Below the pieces are notes generated by a model. It did not search any database and was not told the origin of the DNA. It worked only from the letters and a program-made list of their open reading frames with translations. The position numbers and the translations under genes were made by a program. This document shows positions 1 to 8,900 of a stretch of DNA of 42,232 bases, piece by piece. Origin of the DNA: an uncultured Methanosarcinales archaeon (GTDB lineage: Archaea > Nanobdellota > Nanobdellia > Woesearchaeales > JAGWAF01); NCBI GenBank assembly GCA_964529655.1, contig CAZGZA010000002.1:10705-52936 (forward strand), written 5' to 3'. The first letter of the stretch is position 1. Every line of letters starts with the position of its first letter.

Positions 1-434
1 AAAATAAGTGATGTATTGTTGTCAGTTATTTCAATAAGCAGTTTAATGCTGGAGGAAACATTTGAAAGTGTACAGGTTTTTTCGCAGGCATTCTCAAATT
101 CCAAATTGGAGAGGGAGGAACTGTCTAGCACTAGAGAACCAGTGTTTGCAAGATAAACCCTGACAGTTCCCCCTCCAATAAGATACCCACTAAGGGATAA
201 TGATGCAGGGCTTCCATTCAGGTTAAATTCAAGGATTTGTGTAGAATTAATAACAAGAGGGCTGTTAAGCGCCTCTTTCGCATCCAAAAAATAAAGCCCT
301 GATAAAGAGTAGTAATTAACTGTTATTATAATGCCTGCAAAAATAAGCCCCAGAACAAATAGTCCGAGGGCATTAATTTTATTCCTCTGAACAAATGTCT
401 GAGCAGTGCTAATGCGAAAGTGTTCTCTAAACAA
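1..434 (-). CDS. Partial ORF running off the left edge: hypothetical membrane-anchored, Asn/Ser/Thr-rich surface protein with no canonical start codon
   Basis: I translated this by hand; it is not in the ORF track. The frame is open from the TAG at 435-437 down to position 1 (more than 140 codons). It begins ..RISTAQTFVQRNKINALGLFVLGLIFAGIIITV (one TM helix) followed by repeated N-x-S/T. There is no in-frame ATG, GTG or TTG before the TM segment. Confidence 0.3.
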   Translation of the reverse strand, partial: MFREHFRISTAQTFVQRNKINALGLFVLGLIFAGIIITVNYYSLSGLYFLDAKEALNSPLVINSTQILEFNLNGSPASLSLSGYLIGGGTVRVYLANTGSLVLDSSSLSNLEFENACEKTCTLSNVSSSIKLLIEITDNNTSLI

Positions 435-613
435 CCTATCCCCCTTTTTAAAAAATGTCAAAGCTAAGAGATATGCTTCATCCCTTTGTTTGGGTTATCT
501 TGCTTAATTTATACTGGAAATCCGATTATAAAAAGGTTTCGTAGCGACGAATTTTTCAAGAATTCAGCAAATAACCGCTAAAGGTATTCTGCTGTTAGTT
601 GACTTGTTTAGTG

Positions 614-1768
614 TTAGTCAATAAATTCTATTCCAAGCTCGTTTTCTATCTCCTCTTTCTTTAGAGAGGATATCCTGCGCGCAGGCCCGAAAATCTGGGC
701 TGATTTTACCCCTGTGACAATAAGCATGACTCTTACTGTGCGGTCCATATCATCATAAATCTGTGCTCCCCAGATGATTCTTGCATCCTTATCCAGTTTA
801 TTAGAAACTGTTTCAACAACCTTTCTTGCTTCATCCAGCGTCATTTCATTGTTGCCCGCAATATTAATCAAAGCGCCGGTAGCGCCGGTTATATCAACAT
901 CCAACAGGGGGTTGCTAATTGCTTTGTCTACCGCCTCTAAAGCTCTGTTTTCTGAGTCGCTTTCGCCAACGCCAATCAGGGCAACACCACCATCTCCCAT
1001 GACAGCTCTTACATCTGCAAAATCCAGATTAACAAGGCCGGCTTTTGTTACCATTTCGGCAATTCCCTTTACAGCGTTTGTTAAGATTTCATCAGCGACC
1101 TTAAAGGCAGTATGCAAGGGCAAATCAGGGGCTAACTCCAGCAGCTTATCGTTTGGAATAACAATTAATGTATCAACTGATTGTTCAAGTTTTTCAAGGC
1201 CAAAGGTGGCATTTTCGTATCTCCTATTGCCCTCCATTGTAAATGGCACTGTTACAATGCCTACAACAAGGGCGCCAATCTTTTTTCCAATCTCAGCTAT
1301 AACAGGAGCCGAACCAGTTCCTGTTCCACCCCCTAATCCGCAGGTTATAAAAACCATATCAGCTCCCTGCAAAGCCTCTTTTATTTCATGTTCACTTTCC
1401 CTTGCTGCCTCCTCGCCTAATTTGGGGTCAGAGCCAGCGCCAAGCCCTTTTGTTAGCTCTCGGCCGATAAGGATTTTTTTGTCAGCGGTTGTATAAAGAA
1501 GGTCCTGTGCATCAGTATTAATTGCAATTGTTTCAGAGCCTTTAATCCCCACTTCAGTAATACGGTTGATTGTGTTATTGCCTCCGCCGCCAGCTCCAAC
1601 AACTTTGATGGTTGCCTTTTGCCTTGCAAGCATTTCCTCTAGTTCCATATCAATATCATGCGTGGTTTTAAGCTTGCTAGTAGTCGATTCCTGCTTTTCT
1701 CTTTTCTCAACCTCGATAGAAATCTTATCTTTTTGTGTAGAAGCGTTGCTAAACTCCAATTTATCCAC
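614..1768 (-). CDS. ftsZ: Cell division GTPase FtsZ
   Basis: Tubulin/FtsZ motifs VVGAGGGGNNTINR and GLGGGTGTGSAPVIA. The track start is a GTG, so the true start may be the internal MELEEM. Confidence 0.95.
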   Translation of the reverse strand: MDKLEFSNASTQKDKISIEVEKREKQESTTSKLKTTHDIDMELEEMLARQKATIKVVGAGGGGNNTINRITEVGIKGSETIAINTDAQDLLYTTADKKILIGRELTKGLGAGSDPKLGEEAARESEHEIKEALQGADMVFITCGLGGGTGTGSAPVIAEIGKKIGALVVGIVTVPFTMEGNRRYENATFGLEKLEQSVDTLIVIPNDKLLELAPDLPLHTAFKVADEILTNAVKGIAEMVTKAGLVNLDFADVRAVMGDGGVALIGVGESDSENRALEAVDKAISNPLLDVDITGATGALINIAGNNEMTLDEARKVVETVSNKLDKDARIIWGAQIYDDMDRTVRVMLIVTGVKSAQIFGPARRISSLKKEEIENELGIEFID

Positions 1769-1808
1769 CCAAAATAGACTAAACCGGAGCTATATTTAAA
1801 TTTTCTTA

Positions 1809-1890
1809 TTTTATAGTAACAGACATTAATTTCTATACATAAGCTACCGTTACTATATTCGGCGGGCATAACCTATTTGTATAATTGCTT
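1809..1890 (-). promoter_or_regulatory. 82-nt conserved element upstream of ftsZ, containing the inverted repeat TATAGTAAC..GTTACTATA
   Basis: About 89% identical by hand alignment to 28200-28281 upstream of smc. The inverted repeat is at 1812-1857. A TATA-like TTTAAATATA lies between the element and the ftsZ start. Confidence 0.55.
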
Positions 1891-1900
1891 ATGTTCACTG

Positions 1901-2608
1901 TTATATATGTTCCTTAACAACTTCAGTTTTTGTATCTTTTTTTGCATCCGCTTTTGCGTTTGTAGCCTCTTTTAAGAATTCAACCTCTTTGAGTTTTACC
2001 AAGCGTTTGATGTCCTCTTTTAGCTTATCCTGAAGCGGTGCAGGCAACTCGTGCTTTAATTTTATCCGCGCTTTTTCCTCTGCAATTGTAATCTCAGCAT
2101 CCTGAATGCCCAAAACAATATATAGGATTGAGCTGGCCTGCTCTTTTTTGTCGGCTACAATTCTTCTGATTTTAACATCATAAATAATATCCCTGCCAGA
2201 TAGCGGATGATTGAAATCAACAAGGGTTCTGCCTCCGGTTACTGTTCTTATAGTGCCTACCATTCCATCAATGTTGATTTGCAGCCCTGGAAATGGCCGG
2301 ATGTTTTGTTTAAGGAATTTGTTTGTTTGAACAAGCTGGATAAGCTTTGGATCTTTTTTGCCGAATGATTCCTCGCATTTAATCTCAAAAGAGTATTCCC
2401 CTCCAGGCTCAACGCCTGCAAGATGCCTGTCCAGCCCGGTAATAATATTTTTTTCACCAATACAGATAATAACTGGCTGGTAGCTCATTTTCTGCGAGAG
2501 TCCATTGGCTTTAGCAACTACTTCGTTGGTAGTATCAAACACCTCCTTAGTGTCTTTAAGCCGGCCCGTATATTCTATTTCAACAAAGTCCCCGTTTTTG
2601 ATTGGCAT
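1901..2608 (-). CDS. FKBP-type peptidyl-prolyl cis-trans isomerase (archaeal long FKBP/SlyD-like)
   Basis: The N-terminus GDFVEIEYTGRLKD..VFDTT and GLDRHLAG..GE are typical of FKBP PPIases with an insert-in-flap domain. Confidence 0.8.
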   Translation of the reverse strand: MPIKNGDFVEIEYTGRLKDTKEVFDTTNEVVAKANGLSQKMSYQPVIICIGEKNIITGLDRHLAGVEPGGEYSFEIKCEESFGKKDPKLIQLVQTNKFLKQNIRPFPGLQINIDGMVGTIRTVTGGRTLVDFNHPLSGRDIIYDVKIRRIVADKKEQASSILYIVLGIQDAEITIAEEKARIKLKHELPAPLQDKLKEDIKRLVKLKEVEFLKEATNAKADAKKDTKTEVVKEHI

Positions 2609-2649
2609 GTTTAGCAGGATTTGATTAGCTTATTTAAAATTGTCGGTTT

Positions 2650-2739
2650 CTAGACTTTTGCGTTTTTTGTTTTGATATCAAGCAAAAGGCTAGATACGTA
2701 AACTTTTGCCTATTTGTGTATAAAACGCAAAAGTTTACG
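2650..2739. repeat. Tandem pair of AACTTTTGC..GCAAAAGTT hairpins (family also at 32204-32343 and 40683-40772)
   Basis: CTAGACTTTTGC (2650-2661) pairs with GCAAAAGGCTAG (2682-2693). CGTAAACTTTTGC (2697-2709) pairs with GCAAAAGTTTACG (2727-2739), a perfect 13-bp stem. The loops are AT-rich and TATA-like. Confidence 0.6.
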
Positions 2740-3288
2740 GTTTACTATCCCATTATTTTTCTTAATAAAAGTTATTATGTTTTCCGCAACCGCAGCCGGG
2801 CTGATTCGTGTTGTATCAATAATTATATCATAATATTTTTTATCATAGGGGTCGAGATTGTAATATTTTTTATATCGCTGCTTTTCCGAGTTTTCCCTTC
2901 TCAGGATATTCTTTTCAGTTTCTTCCTTGCTGATATTCTCCTTTTCATTTGGCCTTAAATCATTAAAGATTCTTCTTGCTGCCTCCTTTAATTCCACATC
3001 AAGAAAAATCTTGATTGAATCGGCTATAAAATGGAAGGCCAGCCTTGAATCAATGATAAAATTGTCCTTTGTTTTGCCAAGCTCTTCGGTTCTTCTGTCG
3101 ATTTCCCTGTCAATTGACGGGTCTTTTTCAGCTTCGCGGCTTAGCTCCAGAAGCGACATTCCACGCTCAGTGGCTAATTCTCTCATCAGCTCGCCCATGG
3201 AATAATGTGCCAGCCCAAGTTGCTTAATAATGATTTTTGCAACAGTGCTCTTTCCTGATCCGGCCCTGCCTGAGATTGTTATTTTCAC
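2710..3288 (-). CDS. cmk: Cytidylate kinase (archaeal type)
   Basis: P-loop MKITISGRAGSGKSTVAK, then HYSMGELMRELATERGMSLLEL and DREIDRR, as in archaeal Cmk. Confidence 0.75.
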   Translation of the reverse strand: MKITISGRAGSGKSTVAKIIIKQLGLAHYSMGELMRELATERGMSLLELSREAEKDPSIDREIDRRTEELGKTKDNFIIDSRLAFHFIADSIKIFLDVELKEAARRIFNDLRPNEKENISKEETEKNILRRENSEKQRYKKYYNLDPYDKKYYDIIIDTTRISPAAVAENIITFIKKNNGIVNRKLLRFIHK

Positions 3289-3346
3289 TGAGGGGCAAAA
3301 GTTATTTAAGGTTTATAATTCTTTTTCTCATTGAACCCGTGTTTGC

Positions 3347-3360
3347 AAAAGGTTTATAAG
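3347..3360 (+). promoter_or_regulatory. BRE/TATA-like promoter AAAAGGTTTATAAG
   Basis: The same AAAAG-G/T-TTTATAAA word occurs upstream of tRNA-iMet (14681), PGI/PMI (37326) and 16S (41616). Confidence 0.4.
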
Positions 3361-3417
3361 CTTAAAGCTATTTGTGCCTGAAATAGCATAGAAGAAGTTT
3401 TTCTTTTATGTTGGAAA

Positions 3418-3609
3418 TTGAATATGGAGGAAATGAATATGGACAGACCTAATCGAGGTGGCTTCAGACGAGATTTTGGGCCACGCGAGATGCATGACGC
3501 GGTTTGCTCTGAATGCGGCAAGAACTGTCAAGTTCCATTTAAGCCGACAGCAGACAGACCTGTTTATTGCCAGGATTGCTATAAGAAGAGAAAGTTCGGT
3601 GGAGAGTAA
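3418..3609 (+). CDS. Small zinc-ribbon protein (CxxC-x17-CxxC type)
   Basis: CSECGKNCQVPFKPTADRPVYCQDCY is the CxxC..VPFKP..RPVYCxxCY pattern of the CxxC-x17-CxxC domain family. Confidence 0.6.
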   Translation: MNMEEMNMDRPNRGGFRRDFGPREMHDAVCSECGKNCQVPFKPTADRPVYCQDCYKKRKFGGE

Positions 3610-3759
3610 AAACTTTATTCTTGCCGGTGTATAGCACTGCAAATGCAAAAAATATTTTTGTTTTATTTTTTATTGTATATAAAGTATGAAATGCTTTATA
3701 TGCTTAAAAAATTATTTATAATTTTTTATTGGTTATTTGTTTTTTAAGGTTTATTTCTA

Positions 3760-6366
3760 GTGCCTGATAGAAAAATCACTGGCGAAAGGTTTATATTTGT
3801 TTTGCAGCTTCTTAATAGTATGTTGCCGGATAAGGAGCTAAAGGCGCATTACAGACCAATTTTTTGGAAGACTCCGGAAAAATATTATGCCGTACAAATC
3901 CTGAAAGAGGATGGTTTCACAAGGCACATTTGCAAAAAGTGCGGCAAGCCATTTTGGAGTATTGACAGTGCAAGGGAGGCCTGCGGTGATCCCAGCTGCG
4001 CTGAGGATGAAAGTTTTGCTTTTATCGGGAAGAGCCCTGCAAAACATTCGCTCGAATATGTTGAAGTTTGGAAAAAATTCTCCAGAATGTTCAGCGAGTT
4101 TGGCTATAAGCCAATAAAAAGGTATCCTGTTGTTGCACGCTGGAATCCCACTATGGATTATACAAATGCTTCTATTGCGGCATTCCAGCCATATGTTATA
4201 TCAGGTGAAGTTGAGCCGCCCGCCAATCCCCTGATAATTCCCCAGTTCTGCCTGCGATTTGGAGATATTGATAATGTTGGGATAACAGAGTCGCATAACA
4301 CAGGTTTTGTTATGATAGGCCAGCACTCCTTCCAGGAGCCAAAAAACTGGAATCAGAATATGGCCTTTTGGCACATCAAGCAGTGGCTGAACCACGGGCT
4401 TGGATTAGAGGATAAGGAATTAATATTTCACGAAGATGCCTGGGCTGGTGGCGGCAATCTCGGATGCTGCATGGAATTTTATTCAAGAGGATGCGAACTA
4501 GGAAACCAGGTGTATATGTTATATGAACAAACACCCTCGGGTGTAAAAGACCTCAAAATCAAGGTATTGGATATGGGGATGGGCATGGAGAGGAATGCCT
4601 GGTTCTCGCAGGGAAAAAATACTATTTACAATGCAACATTTCCAAAAGTAATCAAAAAATTGCTGGCCGCAACAGGGGTAAAGCAGGATTCGAAACTGCT
4701 TGAAAGGTATATCCCCTACGCTGGGCTGCTTAATCTTGATGAGGTTGAGGATATCAACAAAGCATGGCAGATTGTAGCGGAAAAGGTTGGTATCAGCGCA
4801 GAAGAGCTAAAACAAAAAATACTGCCCCTGAGGTCAGTTTACGCAATAGCCGAACATGCAAGAAGCCTTTTGGTTGTATTAAATGATGGTGCTCTTCCCT
4901 CAAATATTGGTGGAGGCTACAACTTAAGGGTGCTTGCACGCAGGGCCATGTCCTTTATTGAGGATAACCATTGGAATATCTATCTGCCGGATGTATGCAA
5001 ATGGCATGCAGAAGAACTAAAGGGGCTGTTCCCGGAACTCAGCGAGAATCTGGAGAACATCCAAAAAATAATTGAGGTTGAAAAGGAAAAGTTTGAAAGC
5101 ACCAAACAGAAAACAAGGTATATTATCACAAAGGTTGCAAAAGAAAAATTAACTGAAGAAAAACTCCTGCAATACTATGACTCTTATGGCATCACTCCGG
5201 AAATGGTGCAGGAGGAAGCGCTTAAGCATTCTCTCCAGGTTAAGGTTCCTGAAGATTTTTATAATAAGGTTGCAGCACGCCATCTTGACACAAAGCCGAA
5301 GGAAATTGTCCCTGGCATAAAAGAGCTGAAAATTGATACATCCGGCATTCAGCCGACAGAAACATCTTATTATGAAGACTGGAAAAAGAGAGAGTTCAAA
5401 GCTAAAATCACAAAGGTAGAGGGTAATCTTGTTGTTCTTGATGAAACATACTTTTATCCAACATCGGGCGGACAGGACCATGATACTGGAGAGGTTTCCC
5501 TAAATAGTGAAACCGCAAAGGTAATTAATATCTTTAAATATGGCCCGCACATCGTTCATGTCCTTGACAGAACGCTTAAGCTAAAGGCTGGCGACAGTAT
5601 ACAATGCCGGATTGATTTCAGGCGCAGAATGCAACTGACGCAGCATCATACAGCCGCTCATATAATTAATGCAGCAGCCAGAAGGGTTCTAGGCCACCAT
5701 ATTAATCAGGCAGGTGCTAAAAAGAGCGTTGAGAGGGGGCATCTTGATGTTACCCATTATAAGTCAATTTCTGAAGATGAGCTTGCGCAAATCGAAAAAG
5801 AGGCGAATAAAATTATTCAGGATGCTATTGAGGTCAGAAAAATGTCTCTGCCGCGAAGCGAGGCAGAAAAGAGGTATGGGCTGGCTATCTATCAGGGAGG
5901 AGCTGTGCCTGGAAAAATTATTAGGATTGTGGAAATCCCTGAGGTAGACGTGGAAGCATGCGGCGGAACGCATGTGGATAACACAAAAGAGGTTGAGGTA
6001 ATAAATATTTTTAAGAGCATCAAAATTGCGGATGGTGTTGTTAGGCTGTTATATGTTGCAGGCGAGGCGGCAAAACAAACAGCAAAGCACGATCAGGACC
6101 TGCTGAAACAGGCTGCTGAGATTTTAAATGTCAGCCAGTCTGAAGTGCCGGGCCGTGCAGAAGAGCTGTTTGAAGCGTGGAAAAAATTAAGGAAGGATGC
6201 CAAAAGAAAAAAGATTCTTGACAAAACAGTTTATAAACTCTCAAAAAAAGAGGAATATTTTGGCGACAGCCTTGCGAAAACAGCTGAGATACTGAATACA
6301 CAGCCAGAACACATACCTCAAACAATAAAGCGGTTTTTGGCGGATATTGAAGCTTGGTTAAGATGA
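3760..6366 (+). CDS. alaS: Alanine--tRNA ligase (archaeal type)
   Basis: 868 aa. The editing-domain motifs HHTAAHIINAA and CGGTHV are present and the N-terminal catalytic region is of archaeal AlaRS type. The GTG start is uncertain. Confidence 0.95.
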   Translation: MPDRKITGERFIFVLQLLNSMLPDKELKAHYRPIFWKTPEKYYAVQILKEDGFTRHICKKCGKPFWSIDSAREACGDPSCAEDESFAFIGKSPAKHSLEYVEVWKKFSRMFSEFGYKPIKRYPVVARWNPTMDYTNASIAAFQPYVISGEVEPPANPLIIPQFCLRFGDIDNVGITESHNTGFVMIGQHSFQEPKNWNQNMAFWHIKQWLNHGLGLEDKELIFHEDAWAGGGNLGCCMEFYSRGCELGNQVYMLYEQTPSGVKDLKIKVLDMGMGMERNAWFSQGKNTIYNATFPKVIKKLLAATGVKQDSKLLERYIPYAGLLNLDEVEDINKAWQIVAEKVGISAEELKQKILPLRSVYAIAEHARSLLVVLNDGALPSNIGGGYNLRVLARRAMSFIEDNHWNIYLPDVCKWHAEELKGLFPELSENLENIQKIIEVEKEKFESTKQKTRYIITKVAKEKLTEEKLLQYYDSYGITPEMVQEEALKHSLQVKVPEDFYNKVAARHLDTKPKEIVPGIKELKIDTSGIQPTETSYYEDWKKREFKAKITKVEGNLVVLDETYFYPTSGGQDHDTGEVSLNSETAKVINIFKYGPHIVHVLDRTLKLKAGDSIQCRIDFRRRMQLTQHHTAAHIINAAARRVLGHHINQAGAKKSVERGHLDVTHYKSISEDELAQIEKEANKIIQDAIEVRKMSLPRSEAEKRYGLAIYQGGAVPGKIIRIVEIPEVDVEACGGTHVDNTKEVEVINIFKSIKIADGVVRLLYVAGEAAKQTAKHDQDLLKQAAEILNVSQSEVPGRAEELFEAWKKLRKDAKRKKILDKTVYKLSKKEEYFGDSLAKTAEILNTQPEHIPQTIKRFLADIEAWLR

Positions 6367-6590
6367 ACCGGTTTGAAAGGAACCACATCCGCAAAGAGAT
6401 AGAAAAACTAAAACAGGCTAATACAGCCCTGACATCCGGGCAGGTTGTCTGGCTTTTTCTTGGAGTTTTGGCATCGCCAACCATAATCCTTCCCTATCTT
6501 TGTTATGGCTATATCAAAAAGTATAGCCGGCAAAAAAGCAAAAACCTCGCAACAATGGCCACACTAAGAGAAGAAATCACAAAATCCTAA
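6354..6590 (+). CDS. Hypothetical small membrane protein
   Basis: 78-aa ORF overlapping the alaS stop, with one predicted TM helix (VVWLFLGVLASPTIILPYLCYGY). No recognisable family. Confidence 0.3.
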   Translation: MVKMNRFERNHIRKEIEKLKQANTALTSGQVVWLFLGVLASPTIILPYLCYGYIKKYSRQKSKNLATMATLREEITKS

Positions 6591-6674
6591 AAATCCGCCT
6601 GCCAAAGGATTTTTAGGATGCGGAAAGACGAGCTAGTATCCACAAGCAAACAACATAGTTTTATGCTCGTCTTT
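6589..6674. repeat. Two-hairpin element (AAAAATCC..GGATTTTTAGGATGC + AAAGACGAGC..GCTCGTCTTT), copy 1
   Basis: A second copy at 18054-18137 has the same order and conserved stems. Confidence 0.6.
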
Positions 6675-6682
6675 TTAGCACC

Positions 6683-7435
6683 CTAAACAAACAGCCTGTC
6701 AACTAGATCATAGGTGTACAGCATGATTGCTTTTGTCTGGATTTTTGTCGGAATAAATGCCTCTGCCCTTTGATGGACAGAGAAAACCCTGACCTGATTT
6801 ACTAAATGCACCTGCTGCATTATCGCAGGGTCAATGTTAATGTTTTTTTCTTTTATTTTGGCAACTAAGCTGCCTAGGCCTATCCCGGGGCTTTTTTCAA
6901 GGGAATCCATTCCTGTTGCCTCATAATACTTTCGGTGCAATGCAATCTCCAGAATTCTGCCGCAGAGGATTACCGCAGACCTGTAACAGCCGCTGTTAAA
7001 ACATTTTTCAGCCTCGGAAAAATCAGCCAGCACACTATCCCTTATATCTAAAGGCAACTTTTTGGGAGAAATGGAATTCTGCTCCTGCTTTTCAATTTTC
7101 AGGCAGGAAGTCAGCTCTGCCAGTTTTTGTATTTTTTCAGCTATGCCCTCTGCAATGTTAAGCTGCTCAATAACCTCAATGATTGCAATTAGTGTCCCGC
7201 TGTCGCTATCCTTGTTGGTGTTGTTGTACTCCTCGGATTTATGCAGCTCCTTGGAGCAGGTTTTAACTTTTTCAAGTGCATTAAGAAACTTTTTTCGGAG
7301 GCAGTCCTCCATATTCTGCTGAAAATTGTAGACCTTGGGGTGTGTTAAACTGCTGATTTTGATATTTTTCTGTTCTAGAACATCAAAGGCGCTCTTAAGC
7401 TCAAGAACAGCTTTACTGAAATCATAGGTATTCAT
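6683..7435 (-). CDS. DUF4145-like domain protein (hypothetical)
   Basis: The C-terminal FSEAEKCF..GCYRSAVILCGRILEIALHRKY ... VHLVNQVRVFSVHQ resembles the DUF4145 pattern. I placed the start at MNTYDF (7435), which forms an ATGA overlap with the upstream VKOR gene. Confidence 0.45.
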   Translation of the reverse strand: MNTYDFSKAVLELKSAFDVLEQKNIKISSLTHPKVYNFQQNMEDCLRKKFLNALEKVKTCSKELHKSEEYNNTNKDSDSGTLIAIIEVIEQLNIAEGIAEKIQKLAELTSCLKIEKQEQNSISPKKLPLDIRDSVLADFSEAEKCFNSGCYRSAVILCGRILEIALHRKYYEATGMDSLEKSPGIGLGSLVAKIKEKNINIDPAIMQQVHLVNQVRVFSVHQRAEAFIPTKIQTKAIMLYTYDLVDRLFV

Positions 7436-7857
7436 TCTCTGTTGAGCCCAATAATAGAAAGCATGAATATAAATGTTATGCAAAGTGCAGAGACTGTGCA
7501 AATATAACAGATTGTTTTTAATTCAAAGAACTCCAGATAGTTAAGATAAACAGTAAAGCCGAAACCGACCAATGCCATTAGGAAGATATAAAAATTAAGG
7601 TCCTTAAACAGCTGGTTATTCTTGATTTTAACTATGCTTGTAAGAAACAGCGCAAGATATCCTCCAATGCCAATAACCGGAATCGGCATTCCAAAGATTT
7701 CAGAAAACCTGCTTTTGTTAACAGCATCGCAGCTGTTTCCAACCGCCGCTGCACAGATGCTTGCTGAATCGTAGTGTGCAAGAGTCATGTATATACTAAT
7801 AGCAAAACCAACTGCGGCAAAAAATGCTATTGCCTTGAAAACAGTATCTGTCTTCAT
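7432..7857 (-). CDS. Vitamin K epoxide reductase (VKOR) family membrane protein
   Basis: Four TM segments. The Cys pair C..C is followed by SRFSEIFGMPIPVIGIGGY, and CYIC sits in the last TM. I placed the start at MKTDTVF. Confidence 0.65.
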   Translation of the reverse strand: MKTDTVFKAIAFFAAVGFAISIYMTLAHYDSASICAAAVGNSCDAVNKSRFSEIFGMPIPVIGIGGYLALFLTSIVKIKNNQLFKDLNFYIFLMALVGFGFTVYLNYLEFFELKTICYICTVSALCITFIFMLSIIGLNRE

Positions 7858-7915
7858 ATAATATCTCCTATTGTATCTTTTGACAGTGCGCATAAATCTT
7901 TAAAATTATATAAAC

Positions 7916-8818
7916 TTATCGGGAGCTGAGATTTATAATGGACTGGCTGAGATGTATCAGCGCTAAAATAATTGCGGAATGCGCTTTTATACGTCTGCCT
8001 AAGGGTATGGTTGCCGGGGTTTCCACGACAATCACGCATTCAGCAGCCGGCCCTGTATGAATTTTGTGGCGGATAATAATTTTTTTTGCAGAAAGAAGCT
8101 CATCAATAGAGCCATCGCTTGACATTGCTGCAATGCCGTTGCAGACAGGCTCATTAAATCTGGTTTTGCCAGACATTCTAATTGGAATATTATTGCTTAT
8201 TAGGATTTTAATGATTTTTGCAGAAACCTTACCCATTAAAGTTGGGTTAGTGCCGGAACAATAGATATAACCCTTATCAGCTATATCATCCTCGTGCAGG
8301 TCTATTACCATTAGAGGCGGGTATTCAGTGGCAAGCTCCAAAACCTTTGAGGTAATAGCTTTTGCTTCAGGGCATGAGAATGCACTGGCTCTTTGTTTAG
8401 AGGTGTCTTTCAAATCCGGCAAATAATACTCAGAATCCCCAACGCTTCTGTTGTTTCCGTTAGGGAGCCATGTCTTCTGATTTGGGTATCTATATCTTTT
8501 ATAGTATCCATGCGGATTGCAAAGAGGGAGCAAAACAACCGGCATAATAATGCCGAGTTTTTCAATTGTTTCAGCATTTATGGCAATAGCATTCGGGCCA
8601 GCTGGCTCATTTCCGTGTATGCCTGAAATAATCCACATCGCTCTCCCGCGATTAGGCGAGGCTAAACTTATTATTGGAAAACTGATTTTTTTCCCTCTCC
8701 ATTTTTCTGTGGAAGAATAAATTTCTCTGTAATCCCATCTATAACCCTCTTTTAGATTTTGCAGGAGAGGATAAATCTCGGCAATCTCAAGTTGGTTATC
8801 AAAAGTCTTTAATTTCAT
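7916..8818 (-). CDS. M14-like zinc carboxypeptidase / succinylglutamate desuccinylase-aspartoacylase family protein
   Basis: SGIHGNEPAG (HxxE zinc site) and DLHED. Confidence 0.6.
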   Translation of the reverse strand: MKLKTFDNQLEIAEIYPLLQNLKEGYRWDYREIYSSTEKWRGKKISFPIISLASPNRGRAMWIISGIHGNEPAGPNAIAINAETIEKLGIIMPVVLLPLCNPHGYYKRYRYPNQKTWLPNGNNRSVGDSEYYLPDLKDTSKQRASAFSCPEAKAITSKVLELATEYPPLMVIDLHEDDIADKGYIYCSGTNPTLMGKVSAKIIKILISNNIPIRMSGKTRFNEPVCNGIAAMSSDGSIDELLSAKKIIIRHKIHTGPAAECVIVVETPATIPLGRRIKAHSAIILALIHLSQSIINLSSR

Positions 8819-8900
8819 AATAGGCCTGTCTCAGTTTTATTCACTGATTAAAATATAATAAAAGACATAAATAATTATACGAATAGTTATGTCTTTTAAA

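Noticed and set aside
774-1496. 240-aa plus-strand ORF
   Set aside because: It is antisense to ftsZ. It has no motifs, and the FtsZ frame is certain.
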